NCBI GenBank assembly: GCA_013626165.1
Contig: NDHX01000006.1
Location: 2,060 to 66,059, forward strand
DNA length: 64,000 nucleotides
Direction of reading: 5' to 3'
Origin: Candidatus Velesiimonas alkalicola
GTDB lineage: Bacteria > Omnitrophota > Gorgyraeia > Velesiimonadales > Velesiimonadaceae
Shown: positions 48,795 through 58,258 of the stretch, one piece after another
Numbering within the stretch: the first letter of the stretch is position 1
Layout: each line of letters opens with the position of its first letter
Translations under genes and position numbers: made by a program
The notes under the pieces: model-generated
Told to the model about the DNA's origin: nothing
Databases searched by the model: none
The model's input: the letters and a program-made list of their open reading frames with translations, nothing else

Positions 48795-49695
48795 GGAAAT
48801 CTTTTAAATACCTCCCCCCATCGGAAACTTTTCCTGTTAAATCAAAAGTTCGTTTTACCCAAATTTCATCTAAAAACTCACCATTTATGTACGCAGACGT
48901 CATCTCTTCTTTTGGTTTCTTGAAAACATTCTTCGCCAAATCATTTTCAATCAACTGGCCTAAATAAAGAAAAATTACGTAGTCTGCAAGCCGCATTGCT
49001 TGTTGAATGTTATGAGTAACTATTATTACAGTATAGTCTTTCTTTAATTCCAACAATTTCTTTTCTATACGTTCCGATGAAACGGGATCTAATGATGAAG
49101 TGGGTTCATCGGCAAGAATTGCTTCCGGTTCAACGGCAAGTCCTCTTGCAAGGCATAATCTTTGCTGTTGCCCTAACGATAATTTTGCCGCAGATGTCCT
49201 TAATCTATCTTTTACTTCATTCCATAGACCTGCTTCTTTCAGATAATGCCGGACTTTTTCATCCAGAAATTTTTTTCCTGTGCGACCGTGAATCCTCAAA
49301 CCATATGCAACATTGTCATATATTGACATCGGCAGTGGATACGGTTTCTGGGGAAGCAATCCTATCTTTTTTCTGAGATAAATTACATCGGTTCTATTAC
49401 CGTAAATATTTTCACCGTTAAATAAAATCTCCCCTGATATTTTAACACTGTTTTGCAACTCCAAGAGTCTGTTAAATGACTTCAATAAAGTTGTTTTGCC
49501 GCAACCGGACGGTCCGATTATAGCAGTTATATTTTTCTCCGGAATATCGACAGTTATATCCTTTAATGCGTGATGATCGTCATAAAATACATTAAGATTT
49601 TTTATGTTTATATGCGTTTTCGCAGATTCCATCCCATTTTCCTCTCTATCTAATAATATGTTTACTAAATTTTTTTGACAATAACCTGGAAACAA
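48775..49695 (-). CDS. pstB: Phosphate ABC transporter ATP-binding protein
   Basis: 306 aa with Walker A GPSGCGKTT, an ABC signature and PstB-like spacing. It overlaps pstA. Confidence 0.8.
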   Translation of the reverse strand: MFPGYCQKNLVNILLDREENGMESAKTHINIKNLNVFYDDHHALKDITVDIPEKNITAIIGPSGCGKTTLLKSFNRLLELQNSVKISGEILFNGENIYGNRTDVIYLRKKIGLLPQKPYPLPMSIYDNVAYGLRIHGRTGKKFLDEKVRHYLKEAGLWNEVKDRLRTSAAKLSLGQQQRLCLARGLAVEPEAILADEPTSSLDPVSSERIEKKLLELKKDYTVIIVTHNIQQAMRLADYVIFLYLGQLIENDLAKNVFKKPKEEMTSAYINGEFLDEIWVKRTFDLTGKVSDGGRYLKDFHDYKKK

Positions 49696-50518
49696 TACTG
49701 ATAGTTAAAAGCAGGACCGTCAACACTATAGCCGAGGCATATCCGCGCTGCTGCACTTCCGGAAAAGGAGTTCCCAACTGGAAAAATATCGCCAGAGGTA
49801 AAGTCGCAACCGGCCTAAACAACGAATAAGGCAGGAAATCGGTAAAACCTGCTGTGAATAATACCGAGGCAGCGTCACCGATACCGCGTCCGAAAGCAAT
49901 AAGGACTGCCGTTAATATCCCGGGCATCGCCTGCTTAAAAATAATTTTTGTTGCGGTCTCTAATCTGGTTGCCCCCAAACTAAAAGATGCCTCTTTCAAT
50001 TCCAGCGGTATCATTTTTAAGATCTCATCCATACTTCTTGCCATTATCGGAATTATCAATAAAGCAACGGTAATCATACCTGCTAATAGCGAAGCGCGAA
50101 GTCCAAAAAATACCATTAAAGTAAAGCCGAATGCTCCGTAGACGATTGATGGAATGCCCCACAAAATATCAAGGAAAAGCCGCACAACCAAAGCAAGTTT
50201 TGAATTTTTTTTCAAATACAAATTTAAGTAAAAAACCATCGGCATACTGACTAAAAAAGCCAAAAATGTTGCTCCAAATCCCAAAACAATTGAACCTAAA
50301 ATAGCATTGAGTATACCGCCTTCTTTACCTATATAATATCCGCCTTCTGGTGTCTTAATAAGCATATCCAGATTCAGCGCCGGCAACCCTTTCAAAAAGA
50401 TTACCGCAAGAATCAGAACTAAACTTCCAACAACTATAAATGTAGAAAAGAGCATAAGAAACTTAAAAAAAATTTCTTCAATTCTCTTGCCGTGCATATC
50501 AGGATTCTCCTCTTTCAA
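49646..50518 (-). CDS. pstA: Phosphate ABC transporter permease
   Basis: 290-aa polytopic permease with an EAA-like loop, in pstCAB order. Confidence 0.75.
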   Translation of the reverse strand: MKEENPDMHGKRIEEIFFKFLMLFSTFIVVGSLVLILAVIFLKGLPALNLDMLIKTPEGGYYIGKEGGILNAILGSIVLGFGATFLAFLVSMPMVFYLNLYLKKNSKLALVVRLFLDILWGIPSIVYGAFGFTLMVFFGLRASLLAGMITVALLIIPIMARSMDEILKMIPLELKEASFSLGATRLETATKIIFKQAMPGILTAVLIAFGRGIGDAASVLFTAGFTDFLPYSLFRPVATLPLAIFFQLGTPFPEVQQRGYASAIVLTVLLLTISIVSRLLSKKFSKHIIR

Positions 50519-51422
50519 TGTGAAATAAAATTACCCGACCAAGTATATTGAATAAAATTGTCACTATCAGAAGGATAAATGCTACCAGAAGCAGCGCCGA
50601 ATCGTATAAAGGTATAGACATCATCTCGCCGTAAGTATTTGCAATAAGTGCAGGTAAAGGATAGACAGGATCAAAAATTGATTTAGGAAATATGTGCATA
50701 GCACATCCGGCGACCATCAAGACAGCCATTGTTTCGCCAAAAGCCCTGGATAACCCTAAAATTACTGCTGCAATAATGCCTGAACGCACTTTTCTTAAGA
50801 CGACAAACCTTGTTGTCTGCCACTGTGTGGCACCTAAAGACAATGATGCCTCTCTCATCTCAACAGGAACTGCTCCGATTACTTCTTCAACAACGGAAAT
50901 AATTAAGGGGAAAACCATCACTGCCAAAACGATACCGGCGGTTAAAGCGGTAAAACCGGTATAATTATTGGAGCGAAACGGAAAAAACGGCAATCCCTCG
51001 CTGAAAAAAGGCATAAGATAGTCCCGCACCAACGGCACGATGGCAATCATCCCCCAAACGCCGTAGACAACCGGCGAAATTCCTGCTAATAAATCAATTA
51101 TCGGTTTAATAACTTCACGAATCTTTTTCGGCGCATATTCAGAAAGAAAAATTGCTGTCAAAACACTTAAAGGCACCGCAATAACCATTGCAATTACGGT
51201 CACCCAAAAAGTTCCAACAATAAAACTTGCCAGACCGAATTGCCCGGAAGTAGGAGACCATGTTACTGAAAAAAGTATCTCTTTTAAGTTATTTACCGCC
51301 AATACCGGTTTTGACCTCCAATATAAACCAAATACCATCAGAAAAGTAATACTCAAAACAAATAAACAGAATAAAAACATTACTCTCTGCGCAACAATAT
51401 CTTTGAATTTTCTGGCATTCAT
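50499..51422 (-). CDS. pstC: Phosphate ABC transporter permease
   Basis: 307-aa polytopic permease, first gene of the pstCAB block. Confidence 0.75.
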   Translation of the reverse strand: MNARKFKDIVAQRVMFLFCLFVLSITFLMVFGLYWRSKPVLAVNNLKEILFSVTWSPTSGQFGLASFIVGTFWVTVIAMVIAVPLSVLTAIFLSEYAPKKIREVIKPIIDLLAGISPVVYGVWGMIAIVPLVRDYLMPFFSEGLPFFPFRSNNYTGFTALTAGIVLAVMVFPLIISVVEEVIGAVPVEMREASLSLGATQWQTTRFVVLRKVRSGIIAAVILGLSRAFGETMAVLMVAGCAMHIFPKSIFDPVYPLPALIANTYGEMMSIPLYDSALLLVAFILLIVTILFNILGRVILFHIERGES

Positions 51423-51463
51423 TTTTTTATCCTAAATTAGCAGGGGGTTCTGTCAAAATCTAA

Positions 51464-51503
51464 CCACAGAGAACACAGAGAATTAACTCTGTGCCCTCTG
51501 TGG
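51464..51503. terminator. Hairpin ccacagag-aacacagag-aattaa-ctctgtgcc-ctctgtgg between the efflux pump gene and pstC
   Basis: An 8-bp perfect outer stem plus an inner stem, flanked by T-rich tracts. It is a plausible intrinsic terminator for the RND operon. Confidence 0.4.
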
Positions 51504-51562
51504 TTTATTTTGTGGTCTATTTATCATTTTTCCGTCATTACTGCAAGTTTATTTTACATTTT

Positions 51563-54500
51563 TCAGTAAGCTCCATTTACTATCTTTTTTCTTGAAGACA
51601 TCCAGCTATAAATCACGGGTAAAACAATCAGGGTTAGTAAAGTAGAGGAAACAAGTCCGCCTACTACTACAATGGCTAAGGGTCTCTGTATTTCCGAGCC
51701 CACTCCGGTAGTTATAATTAAGGGGAGTAATCCCAGTACAGTGGTTATCGTAGCCATTAAAACCGCCCTTAATCTTGACAGAGAACCCTCAATTATTACT
51801 TCTTTCAAAACAAGACCTTCTTTTTTTAGATATTCAAAACTCGTTATTAGTACCAAACCGTTTGTCATGGTAATTCCAAAAAGCGCGATAAATCCAATAG
51901 AAGAGGGGATACTCAAATTCTCCCCAAACATAGCAAGGGCAAATATCCCGCCTACCAATGCCAACGGTATGTTCAGTATAATTAAAAGAACATTCTTAAA
52001 TGAATTAAATAAAATGTAAAGGAGCACGAGAATCAGAAACAGGGTAATCGGAACGACAACCGATAATCTCCGGTTTGCTGCCTGATGCAATTCAAATTGT
52101 CCACCCCAGGAAATCCTGTACCCCGAAGGAATGCTTACCGCCTCTGCTATTCTTTTCTGCGCTTCCTCTACAAAACCACCGGCATCCCGTCCTCTGACAT
52201 TACACTGAATGGAGATAAACCGGCGGGCATCTTCACGGGTTACCTGTCTAATGCCGGTAACCGTGCCGATGTCCGCCAGTTGTTCAAGCGGCACATTATA
52301 CCCGGCAGGAGTGCGAACAAGTAGGTTTCTTATTGACTTAATGTCTTTGCGGTAGGGCTCGGCAAATCTAACCGTGATGCCGAATATTTTCTCTTCTTCA
52401 AAAACCTTGCCGACCTCCTCTCCCCCTATGGCGTCGTGGATTGCATGCTGTATCTCGTAAATATTCAGTCCATGACGTGCTACTTCATCACGGTTTATAT
52501 CTATCTGGACCTGGGTTTGGCCAACTACCTGCTCGGTCCTTAAATCAGCCACTCCCTTTATTGTGGAAAGGACTCCTTCTATTTCCGCTGCTTTTTGACG
52601 GAGAATATCAAAATCCAGTCCAAATAGTTTCACTACCACCTGGGTCCCGGCACCGGCTATCAAATCATCAATCTCGTGCTGGATTGGCTGGGAAAAACTG
52701 ATTGAAGCGCCTGGAAAATCAGCAATACGGCGGTCAATTTTGGAAACAAGTTCTTCCTGGGTTTTAACCGTTTTCCACTTATCCCTGGGATATAGGTCAA
52801 CGGTTATACAGGCAAAATTGGTGTGATGTATATGAGGACCAACCTCCCCGTAACCAATGTCGGAAACAACCCGTTTAACCTCTGGAATAGTCAAGATCTC
52901 TTTTTCTAATTTTGTTGCAATACTACTGATTTCTTTCAAGGATATGTTGGGGTCCATATATACTAAGACCTGAATTGTCCCTTCCTGAAGGGTAGGGATG
53001 AACTCTTTGCCAAGCCGGGTAAAAACCAGCCCGCCCAAGACAAGTAGAATAACCATTGTAGAAACAACCAACAAGCGGCGGGGGAGAAAAAACATCAACA
53101 CTGCCCTGTAAAATTTAAGGGCTATGGAAAAAATGGGTTTCTTTTTCTTCTCTTCACTCTTCCTTTTGTGGAGTAAACTGCAAAATGCGGGAGCGACAAT
53201 CAGAGAATAGAGCAAAGAACCGAGCATAGTCATAGTCACCGCAAAAGCCAGCGGTCTAAACATTTTTCCTTCCACACCCCCAAGAGTAAAGATGGGTATA
53301 AAGACAGCAATGATAATAAAAACGGCAAAAAGTATGGGAGGTCCAACTTCTTTACCAGCAGATAAAATCACTCCTGTGACTGAACCGGTATCAGAATTCT
53401 CCTGCAGGGATGATTGGATCTTTTCTACCATTATAATAGTGGCATCAACTATCATACCCAGAGCAATCGCTACTCCCCCAAAAGATATCAGGTCGCCGGG
53501 TATTCCATAGCGGTGCATCAAAATAAATGCCAATAACATTGAAAAAGGCAGTGAAAAGACCACTATTAAGGTATTGCGGAATTTACCCAAAAAAACAAAT
53601 ACAACAAGAGAAACCAAAATAAACCCTAAAGTAAGTGCTTCTCTGACGGTGTGTATACTGCTTTTAACCAGAGAGGACTGGTCGTAGAAAGTAATTATTC
53701 GGACACCGGGAGGTAAGATTTCATTGATCTCTTTTATTCGTTCTTTCAGACGGCCAATCACCTCAAAGGAATTTGCTCCATGAAGTTTATAGACGCTTCC
53801 GGTCACAATCTCCTTTTGACCATCCATAGAGGCAATGCCGCGCCTAAAAGCGGCTCCAAATTCCACCCTTGCCACATCCCTTACATAAACAGGAACTCCA
53901 TCTTCAATACCGATAACAATATTCTCAATATCACTAACGGTTTCAATCAACCCCAAACTTCGGATAATCCATTCTTCACTTCCTTTTTTCATAATACCAG
54001 CGCCTACATTCAGGTTATTTTGCTGAACCGCCTCAATTATATCCTCCATTGTTAAATCGTATTTCAAAAGTTGAGCGGGATATATCTTTATCTGATACTG
54101 TCTAACATTGCCTCCCTGAGTGATAACCTCGGCAACACCGGGCACAGTTTGAATGTCGGGTTTAATAATCCAGTCCTGAAATGTGCGCAAATCAACATTG
54201 CTATATTCGTCCCCTTCAACATAGTAGGAAAGGATTTTCCCCATTCCGCTGGCGATTGGTCCCATTTCCAGACCATGATGTATCTTTAATCCGTCCGGAA
54301 TAGCTTCTTCGGCTACTTTAAGTCTCTCGGAAACAAGTTGCCGGGCAAAGTATATGTCCACATCATCCTCAAAATAGACCTTTACCGTGGAGAGTCCAAA
54401 TGACGAGAGTGAACGGAGCCGTTGGACACCGGGCAGCCCTAACATCGCAACCTCAATTGGTCGGGTAACTAACGCTTCAATCTCTTCGGGAGCTGTTCCT

Positions 54501-54679
54501 TCAACCTCAGCAAATACCTGCACCAGGTTGGGACTGACATCGGGAAAGGCGTCAATAGGCAGCCGGGTAAGGGAGATAAATCCGGCAATACAAATCCCCA
54601 CAAACCCCAGCACTACTAAGAATTTGTGTCTTAATGAAAACTGAATAATTTTCTCAATCATATTCTCTCCTTCAGACAA
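51563..54679 (-). CDS. Heavy-metal efflux RND transporter (CzcA/CusA family)
   Basis: 1038 aa with 12 TM helices and two large periplasmic loops, showing HME-RND family conservation. Confidence 0.9.
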   Translation of the reverse strand: MSEGENMIEKIIQFSLRHKFLVVLGFVGICIAGFISLTRLPIDAFPDVSPNLVQVFAEVEGTAPEEIEALVTRPIEVAMLGLPGVQRLRSLSSFGLSTVKVYFEDDVDIYFARQLVSERLKVAEEAIPDGLKIHHGLEMGPIASGMGKILSYYVEGDEYSNVDLRTFQDWIIKPDIQTVPGVAEVITQGGNVRQYQIKIYPAQLLKYDLTMEDIIEAVQQNNLNVGAGIMKKGSEEWIIRSLGLIETVSDIENIVIGIEDGVPVYVRDVARVEFGAAFRRGIASMDGQKEIVTGSVYKLHGANSFEVIGRLKERIKEINEILPPGVRIITFYDQSSLVKSSIHTVREALTLGFILVSLVVFVFLGKFRNTLIVVFSLPFSMLLAFILMHRYGIPGDLISFGGVAIALGMIVDATIIMVEKIQSSLQENSDTGSVTGVILSAGKEVGPPILFAVFIIIAVFIPIFTLGGVEGKMFRPLAFAVTMTMLGSLLYSLIVAPAFCSLLHKRKSEEKKKKPIFSIALKFYRAVLMFFLPRRLLVVSTMVILLVLGGLVFTRLGKEFIPTLQEGTIQVLVYMDPNISLKEISSIATKLEKEILTIPEVKRVVSDIGYGEVGPHIHHTNFACITVDLYPRDKWKTVKTQEELVSKIDRRIADFPGASISFSQPIQHEIDDLIAGAGTQVVVKLFGLDFDILRQKAAEIEGVLSTIKGVADLRTEQVVGQTQVQIDINRDEVARHGLNIYEIQHAIHDAIGGEEVGKVFEEEKIFGITVRFAEPYRKDIKSIRNLLVRTPAGYNVPLEQLADIGTVTGIRQVTREDARRFISIQCNVRGRDAGGFVEEAQKRIAEAVSIPSGYRISWGGQFELHQAANRRLSVVVPITLFLILVLLYILFNSFKNVLLIILNIPLALVGGIFALAMFGENLSIPSSIGFIALFGITMTNGLVLITSFEYLKKEGLVLKEVIIEGSLSRLRAVLMATITTVLGLLPLIITTGVGSEIQRPLAIVVVGGLVSSTLLTLIVLPVIYSWMSSRKKIVNGAY

Positions 54680-54681
54680 TT

Positions 54682-55710
54682 TTAATGCGGATGGCCGTGG
54701 GCACCGAAGTCAATAGCCGCTTTCTGGAGTTCAGCTTTCAGGTGAAAACCACCTTTGGTCACTACCTGTTCACCAAGTTTAAGCCCGGCAATCACTTCTG
54801 AAAACTCCTCCCCTGTCGTTCCTAATTTGATTTCCCTCAGTTTGTATCTGTTGTCCCCTATTGGTATGAAAACAATTTCTTTGTTTTCCCATCTTTGTAT
54901 TGCTGAATTGGCAATAGATACCATTTTGTGAGGAGCCGTGTAAATTATATCTCCTGTAACAAACTTACCGAGTTTCAGCGTGTGGTCATAGTTATCAATA
55001 TCTACCCTTATTTTTATAGTTCTTGTTCTCCTGTCAACCCGTGGAGAGATGAATGTTATTTCACCGGGGTAAATCTTGCCGGGATATGCACGGGTTTTCA
55101 CTTTGACTTTTTGTCCCAATTTTACAATGGCTATATCTTTTTCATAGACATCAAAACTTGCTTTCATCGTAGATATATCGGCTATTGTGAAAAGAGAAGT
55201 AAGCATGTCCACTTCTTCTCCCTCAGAAATACGTTGTCCTATAATTAGTGTCCCACTGGGAGATTTTATCTCTTCAATTTTCCCGTCTTTACTGCCTTTG
55301 ACAAGTGCCAGTAAAGTTCCTTTTTCCACATTATCCCCCAAACCAACTTTAACTTCAACTATCTCACCCGGAATATTGGAAGTGACATGGAATAATTTCT
55401 CGCTATCCTGGGCTATCTCTCCGGTAATTCGTAGACTTTTCTTTATATGCCGCATAGCAACCTTATCTGTTTTTAATCCTATCATCTTCTTGCCCCGAGT
55501 AGATATTTGGACAACACCTTCCTCCTCGTGCTCGTGATGAACTCCTTCATCGTGCCTGTGTGGATGTCCCTCTTCAAAACACCAGCAATGGCAGCCCTCT
55601 CCATGTTTATGCGGATGCTCCTCTTCCCTGAATCCTCTCCACACTAATATTCCCACAATTAAACAAACTATACCTACAATTAACAGCCACGGCCAATAAG
55701 ACCTTTTCAT
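54682..55710 (-). CDS. Periplasmic adaptor (membrane fusion protein, CzcB/CusB-like) with a His/Cys-rich N-terminal metal-binding segment
   Basis: 342 aa with a TM anchor, then HPHKHGEGCHCWCFEEGHPHRHDEGVHHEHEEEG, then lipoyl/beta-barrel MFP domains. Confidence 0.85.
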   Translation of the reverse strand: MKRSYWPWLLIVGIVCLIVGILVWRGFREEEHPHKHGEGCHCWCFEEGHPHRHDEGVHHEHEEEGVVQISTRGKKMIGLKTDKVAMRHIKKSLRITGEIAQDSEKLFHVTSNIPGEIVEVKVGLGDNVEKGTLLALVKGSKDGKIEEIKSPSGTLIIGQRISEGEEVDMLTSLFTIADISTMKASFDVYEKDIAIVKLGQKVKVKTRAYPGKIYPGEITFISPRVDRRTRTIKIRVDIDNYDHTLKLGKFVTGDIIYTAPHKMVSIANSAIQRWENKEIVFIPIGDNRYKLREIKLGTTGEEFSEVIAGLKLGEQVVTKGGFHLKAELQKAAIDFGAHGHPH

Positions 55711-55766
55711 AGTTCACCTCCTGTTGTTTTTTCTAAAATCGCCAACTTTGTTTGATGGTCAAGTAT
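55604..55766. repeat. 163-bp direct repeat (adaptor-gene 5' end + upstream region); second copy at 56777-56939
   Basis: Near-identical copies. A third partial copy at 55921-56017 lies inside the coding region of the 321-aa paralogue. Confidence 0.9.
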
Positions 55767-55917
55767 AGACATAGTGTACCGTCCCATAAGTCCCTTTACA
55801 TTTGTCATTGCGAACAAAGTGAAGCAATCTTGTTTTCTGAACCAAAAAGTGAGATTGCTTCGTTGCATCGCCCCTCGCAATGACAGCCAAATGTCAAGAA
55901 ACGTTAGGGACACTACA

Positions 55918-56883
55918 CTAGTGCTCGTGATGAACTCCTTCATCGTGCCTGTGTGGATGTCCCTCTTCAAAACACCAGCAATGGCAGCCCTCTCCATGTC
56001 TATGCGGATGTTCCTTTTTTCTTTCAGCTTCAGCAATGGCATAGGCGCCTTTGGTCACAACGCGCTCACCATCGGATAGACCAGACAAAACCTCTACAAA
56101 GTCATTATCTCTGTTGCCCAGTTCCAGATAACGTTTCTCAAAGGTTTCGCCGGCTACCTGGACGAAAGCTACTGGCTTGCCGTTTTCATCAATCAGAGCC
56201 GACTCTGGTACAACCAAGGTCTCCTGTCCTATCGCTTTTCGTCGTCCCACAGGTTCGGCCCTGGTTAGCATTTTCCATTGCTGTTCCTTGAGAAAACTTA
56301 TGCCAGCGATCTCTTTAGGAAATGGAGCACGGTCAACTTCTTCATGGGAACCATATACCTCAAAAGGCGGCAGTTCGACGAGATGATCTTTGCCTTCAAG
56401 GGGGATAACCAGCGACAGACTCCACTCACCAGGTAGTGGAAAAGTTAGTTCTGGAATGTAAATACCGTCTCTAACCGGAGCCCGTGCGATATGCTTGTCC
56501 GGTGTCTCGGAGCCGCGACGCAAAATGAAAGTAACGGGTCCTTTTCCCCGAGGCTTAAGTGTTTGCAGGTCGGAGACATGGGTGATAAATTTGGTTGGTG
56601 TATTTGCCACGATAAATGCATGCTCAAGGAAAATTTCGAATCGCTCGGTCCAAACCGTGACCTGGGACGATTTTTCTGCGCCATGACCAATATGGACAGG
56701 ATGCTCTGCGTCATGTTTGTGTGCATCTTCCTCCTTCCCTTGTTGTTCGAAACAATAGCAATGGCATACCTCTCCGTGTTTATGCGGATGCTCCTCTTCC
56801 CTGAATCCTCTCCACACTAATATTCCCACAATTAAACAAACTATACCTACAATTAACAGCCACGGCCAATAAGACCTTTTCAT
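55918..56883 (-). CDS. Chimeric, shortened periplasmic adaptor paralogue with His/Cys-rich segments at both termini
   Basis: The N-terminal 38 aa and the C-terminal HPHRHGEGCHCWCFEEGHPHRHDEGVHHEH are identical to the neighbouring adaptor. The middle has a unique domain plus an MFP C-terminal beta-barrel-like segment (ETLVVPESALIDENGKPVAFVQV...GERVVTKG). Confidence 0.6.
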   Translation of the reverse strand: MKRSYWPWLLIVGIVCLIVGILVWRGFREEEHPHKHGEVCHCYCFEQQGKEEDAHKHDAEHPVHIGHGAEKSSQVTVWTERFEIFLEHAFIVANTPTKFITHVSDLQTLKPRGKGPVTFILRRGSETPDKHIARAPVRDGIYIPELTFPLPGEWSLSLVIPLEGKDHLVELPPFEVYGSHEEVDRAPFPKEIAGISFLKEQQWKMLTRAEPVGRRKAIGQETLVVPESALIDENGKPVAFVQVAGETFEKRYLELGNRDNDFVEVLSGLSDGERVVTKGAYAIAEAERKKEHPHRHGEGCHCWCFEEGHPHRHDEGVHHEH

Positions 56884-58115
56884 AGTTCACCTCCTGTTGT
56901 TTTTTCTAAAATCGCTAACTTTATTTGATGGTCAAGTATGGACCTAAAATAACTCAATCGAGTCCCTTTGAATGTTGTTAGAACTTCAAGATAGGTTAAA
57001 AAATCGGTTTTTCCTTCCGCATATTGCATCTCAATCAGCCTGATTAATTCGCTTCCTTTCTTTACAGATTTTTCCATCAGTGCCACTTGCCTATCAGATA
57101 AAACAACCTCCCCAAAGGCATTGTTAACTTCTAATTCTATCTGCCTTTTGAGGAAATTTATTTGATATTCTATCTTTTGTGACTCATTTCTTGCCTCTGC
57201 AATCTCACCTTGTTTTCTATACCAGAAAGGTAAAGGTATTCCCAGGGTGACTCCCAATCTCTGTTCTCTGTCTTCCCGTTCTGCCCAAAAACCGACGGAG
57301 GGGTTAGCAAACCTCTCTTTTCTCATCAATTTTACCTCCATATTTTTTGAATCAAGCATCAGTTTTTTAGCCTTAAGGTCTGGCCTGTTTATCAAAGCAT
57401 TTTTTATAAGCGTGTCTAAATCAAACCGCCTCTCTTTATAAACAAATTCATCGGTGCAAACGAATTTATGAGAGACCGATCTCCCGAGTAAAATATTTAA
57501 TTTTGCCTTATTAAGAGAGAGATCTTTTTCGGCTACTAATAACTCATTTTGAGCGTAAAACATCTCAATCTCCGCCCTGAGTAATTCACTCCTTAAAACT
57601 TCTCCAAGATTAAATTTCTCCCGGACTTTATCCAAAAATTTCCTGGTTAGATTTAAAGACTCCTCAGCAAGTTCCTCTATTTTTCTTGCCAACAATATCT
57701 GAGCATATGATTCCTTAACCTTAAAAGAGACCCCCAAGTGGATTAACTCCAACTCACTTTCGTAGATTTTAATCTCATTTCTTGCCATATTTCCCCGGAG
57801 TGTTCTTTTCCCAAAGAGTTCCAATTCTTGACTGACTTCAACTTCTACACCTCCGGAAGGATTTTTCATTACCGTCTCAAGTTCAGGATTAGGATAAGCC
57901 AAAGCCTGAACAACTCTTGCCCTTGCTGATTCAATATTTTTTTCTGCTGTCACTATTTCAGGATTATTTATAAAAGCGATTTTCAATGCCTCTTCCAAAG
58001 AAAGTTTTTCCAACTCTTCCCCTCCGGCTATCTTAATATGGAAGGACATCAATGTTAACACGATAAGAACGACCTTCATCACAACCTCCTCTGGTATAAT
58101 CTTCACCCTAGACAT
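56880..58115 (-). CDS. Outer-membrane efflux protein (TolC/CzcC/CusC family)
   Basis: 411 aa with a signal peptide and two OEP repeats. It is translationally coupled to the downstream adaptor gene. Confidence 0.8.
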   Translation of the reverse strand: MSRVKIIPEEVVMKVVLIVLTLMSFHIKIAGGEELEKLSLEEALKIAFINNPEIVTAEKNIESARARVVQALAYPNPELETVMKNPSGGVEVEVSQELELFGKRTLRGNMARNEIKIYESELELIHLGVSFKVKESYAQILLARKIEELAEESLNLTRKFLDKVREKFNLGEVLRSELLRAEIEMFYAQNELLVAEKDLSLNKAKLNILLGRSVSHKFVCTDEFVYKERRFDLDTLIKNALINRPDLKAKKLMLDSKNMEVKLMRKERFANPSVGFWAEREDREQRLGVTLGIPLPFWYRKQGEIAEARNESQKIEYQINFLKRQIELEVNNAFGEVVLSDRQVALMEKSVKKGSELIRLIEMQYAEGKTDFLTYLEVLTTFKGTRLSYFRSILDHQIKLAILEKTTGGEL

Positions 58116-58140
58116 CCTAGAGCGAATTGGTTAGTAAATT

Positions 58141-58191
58141 GTTAGATAACGATACATTAAGTATACAACTTAATGTATCGTTAGTCAACAC
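58141..58191. repeat. Second copy of the 53-bp palindrome (left arm slightly degenerate)
   Basis: ...aacgatacattaagtatacaacttaatgtatcgttagtcaacac, with a ~46-nt identity to 40146-40191. It lies between the OMP gene start and pstS. Confidence 0.9.
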
Positions 58192-58258
58192 ATATTCTTT
58201 CATATTATTTTTGACAGTATCTAGCGGGGAGAGGCAAATGCCTCTCCCTTTGTTTGCT

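Noticed and set aside
55707-56042. 111-aa ORF between the two adaptor genes
   Set aside because: It spans the duplicated promoter / 5' repeat and the His-rich coding repeat in the wrong frame, so it is an artefact of the direct repeats.
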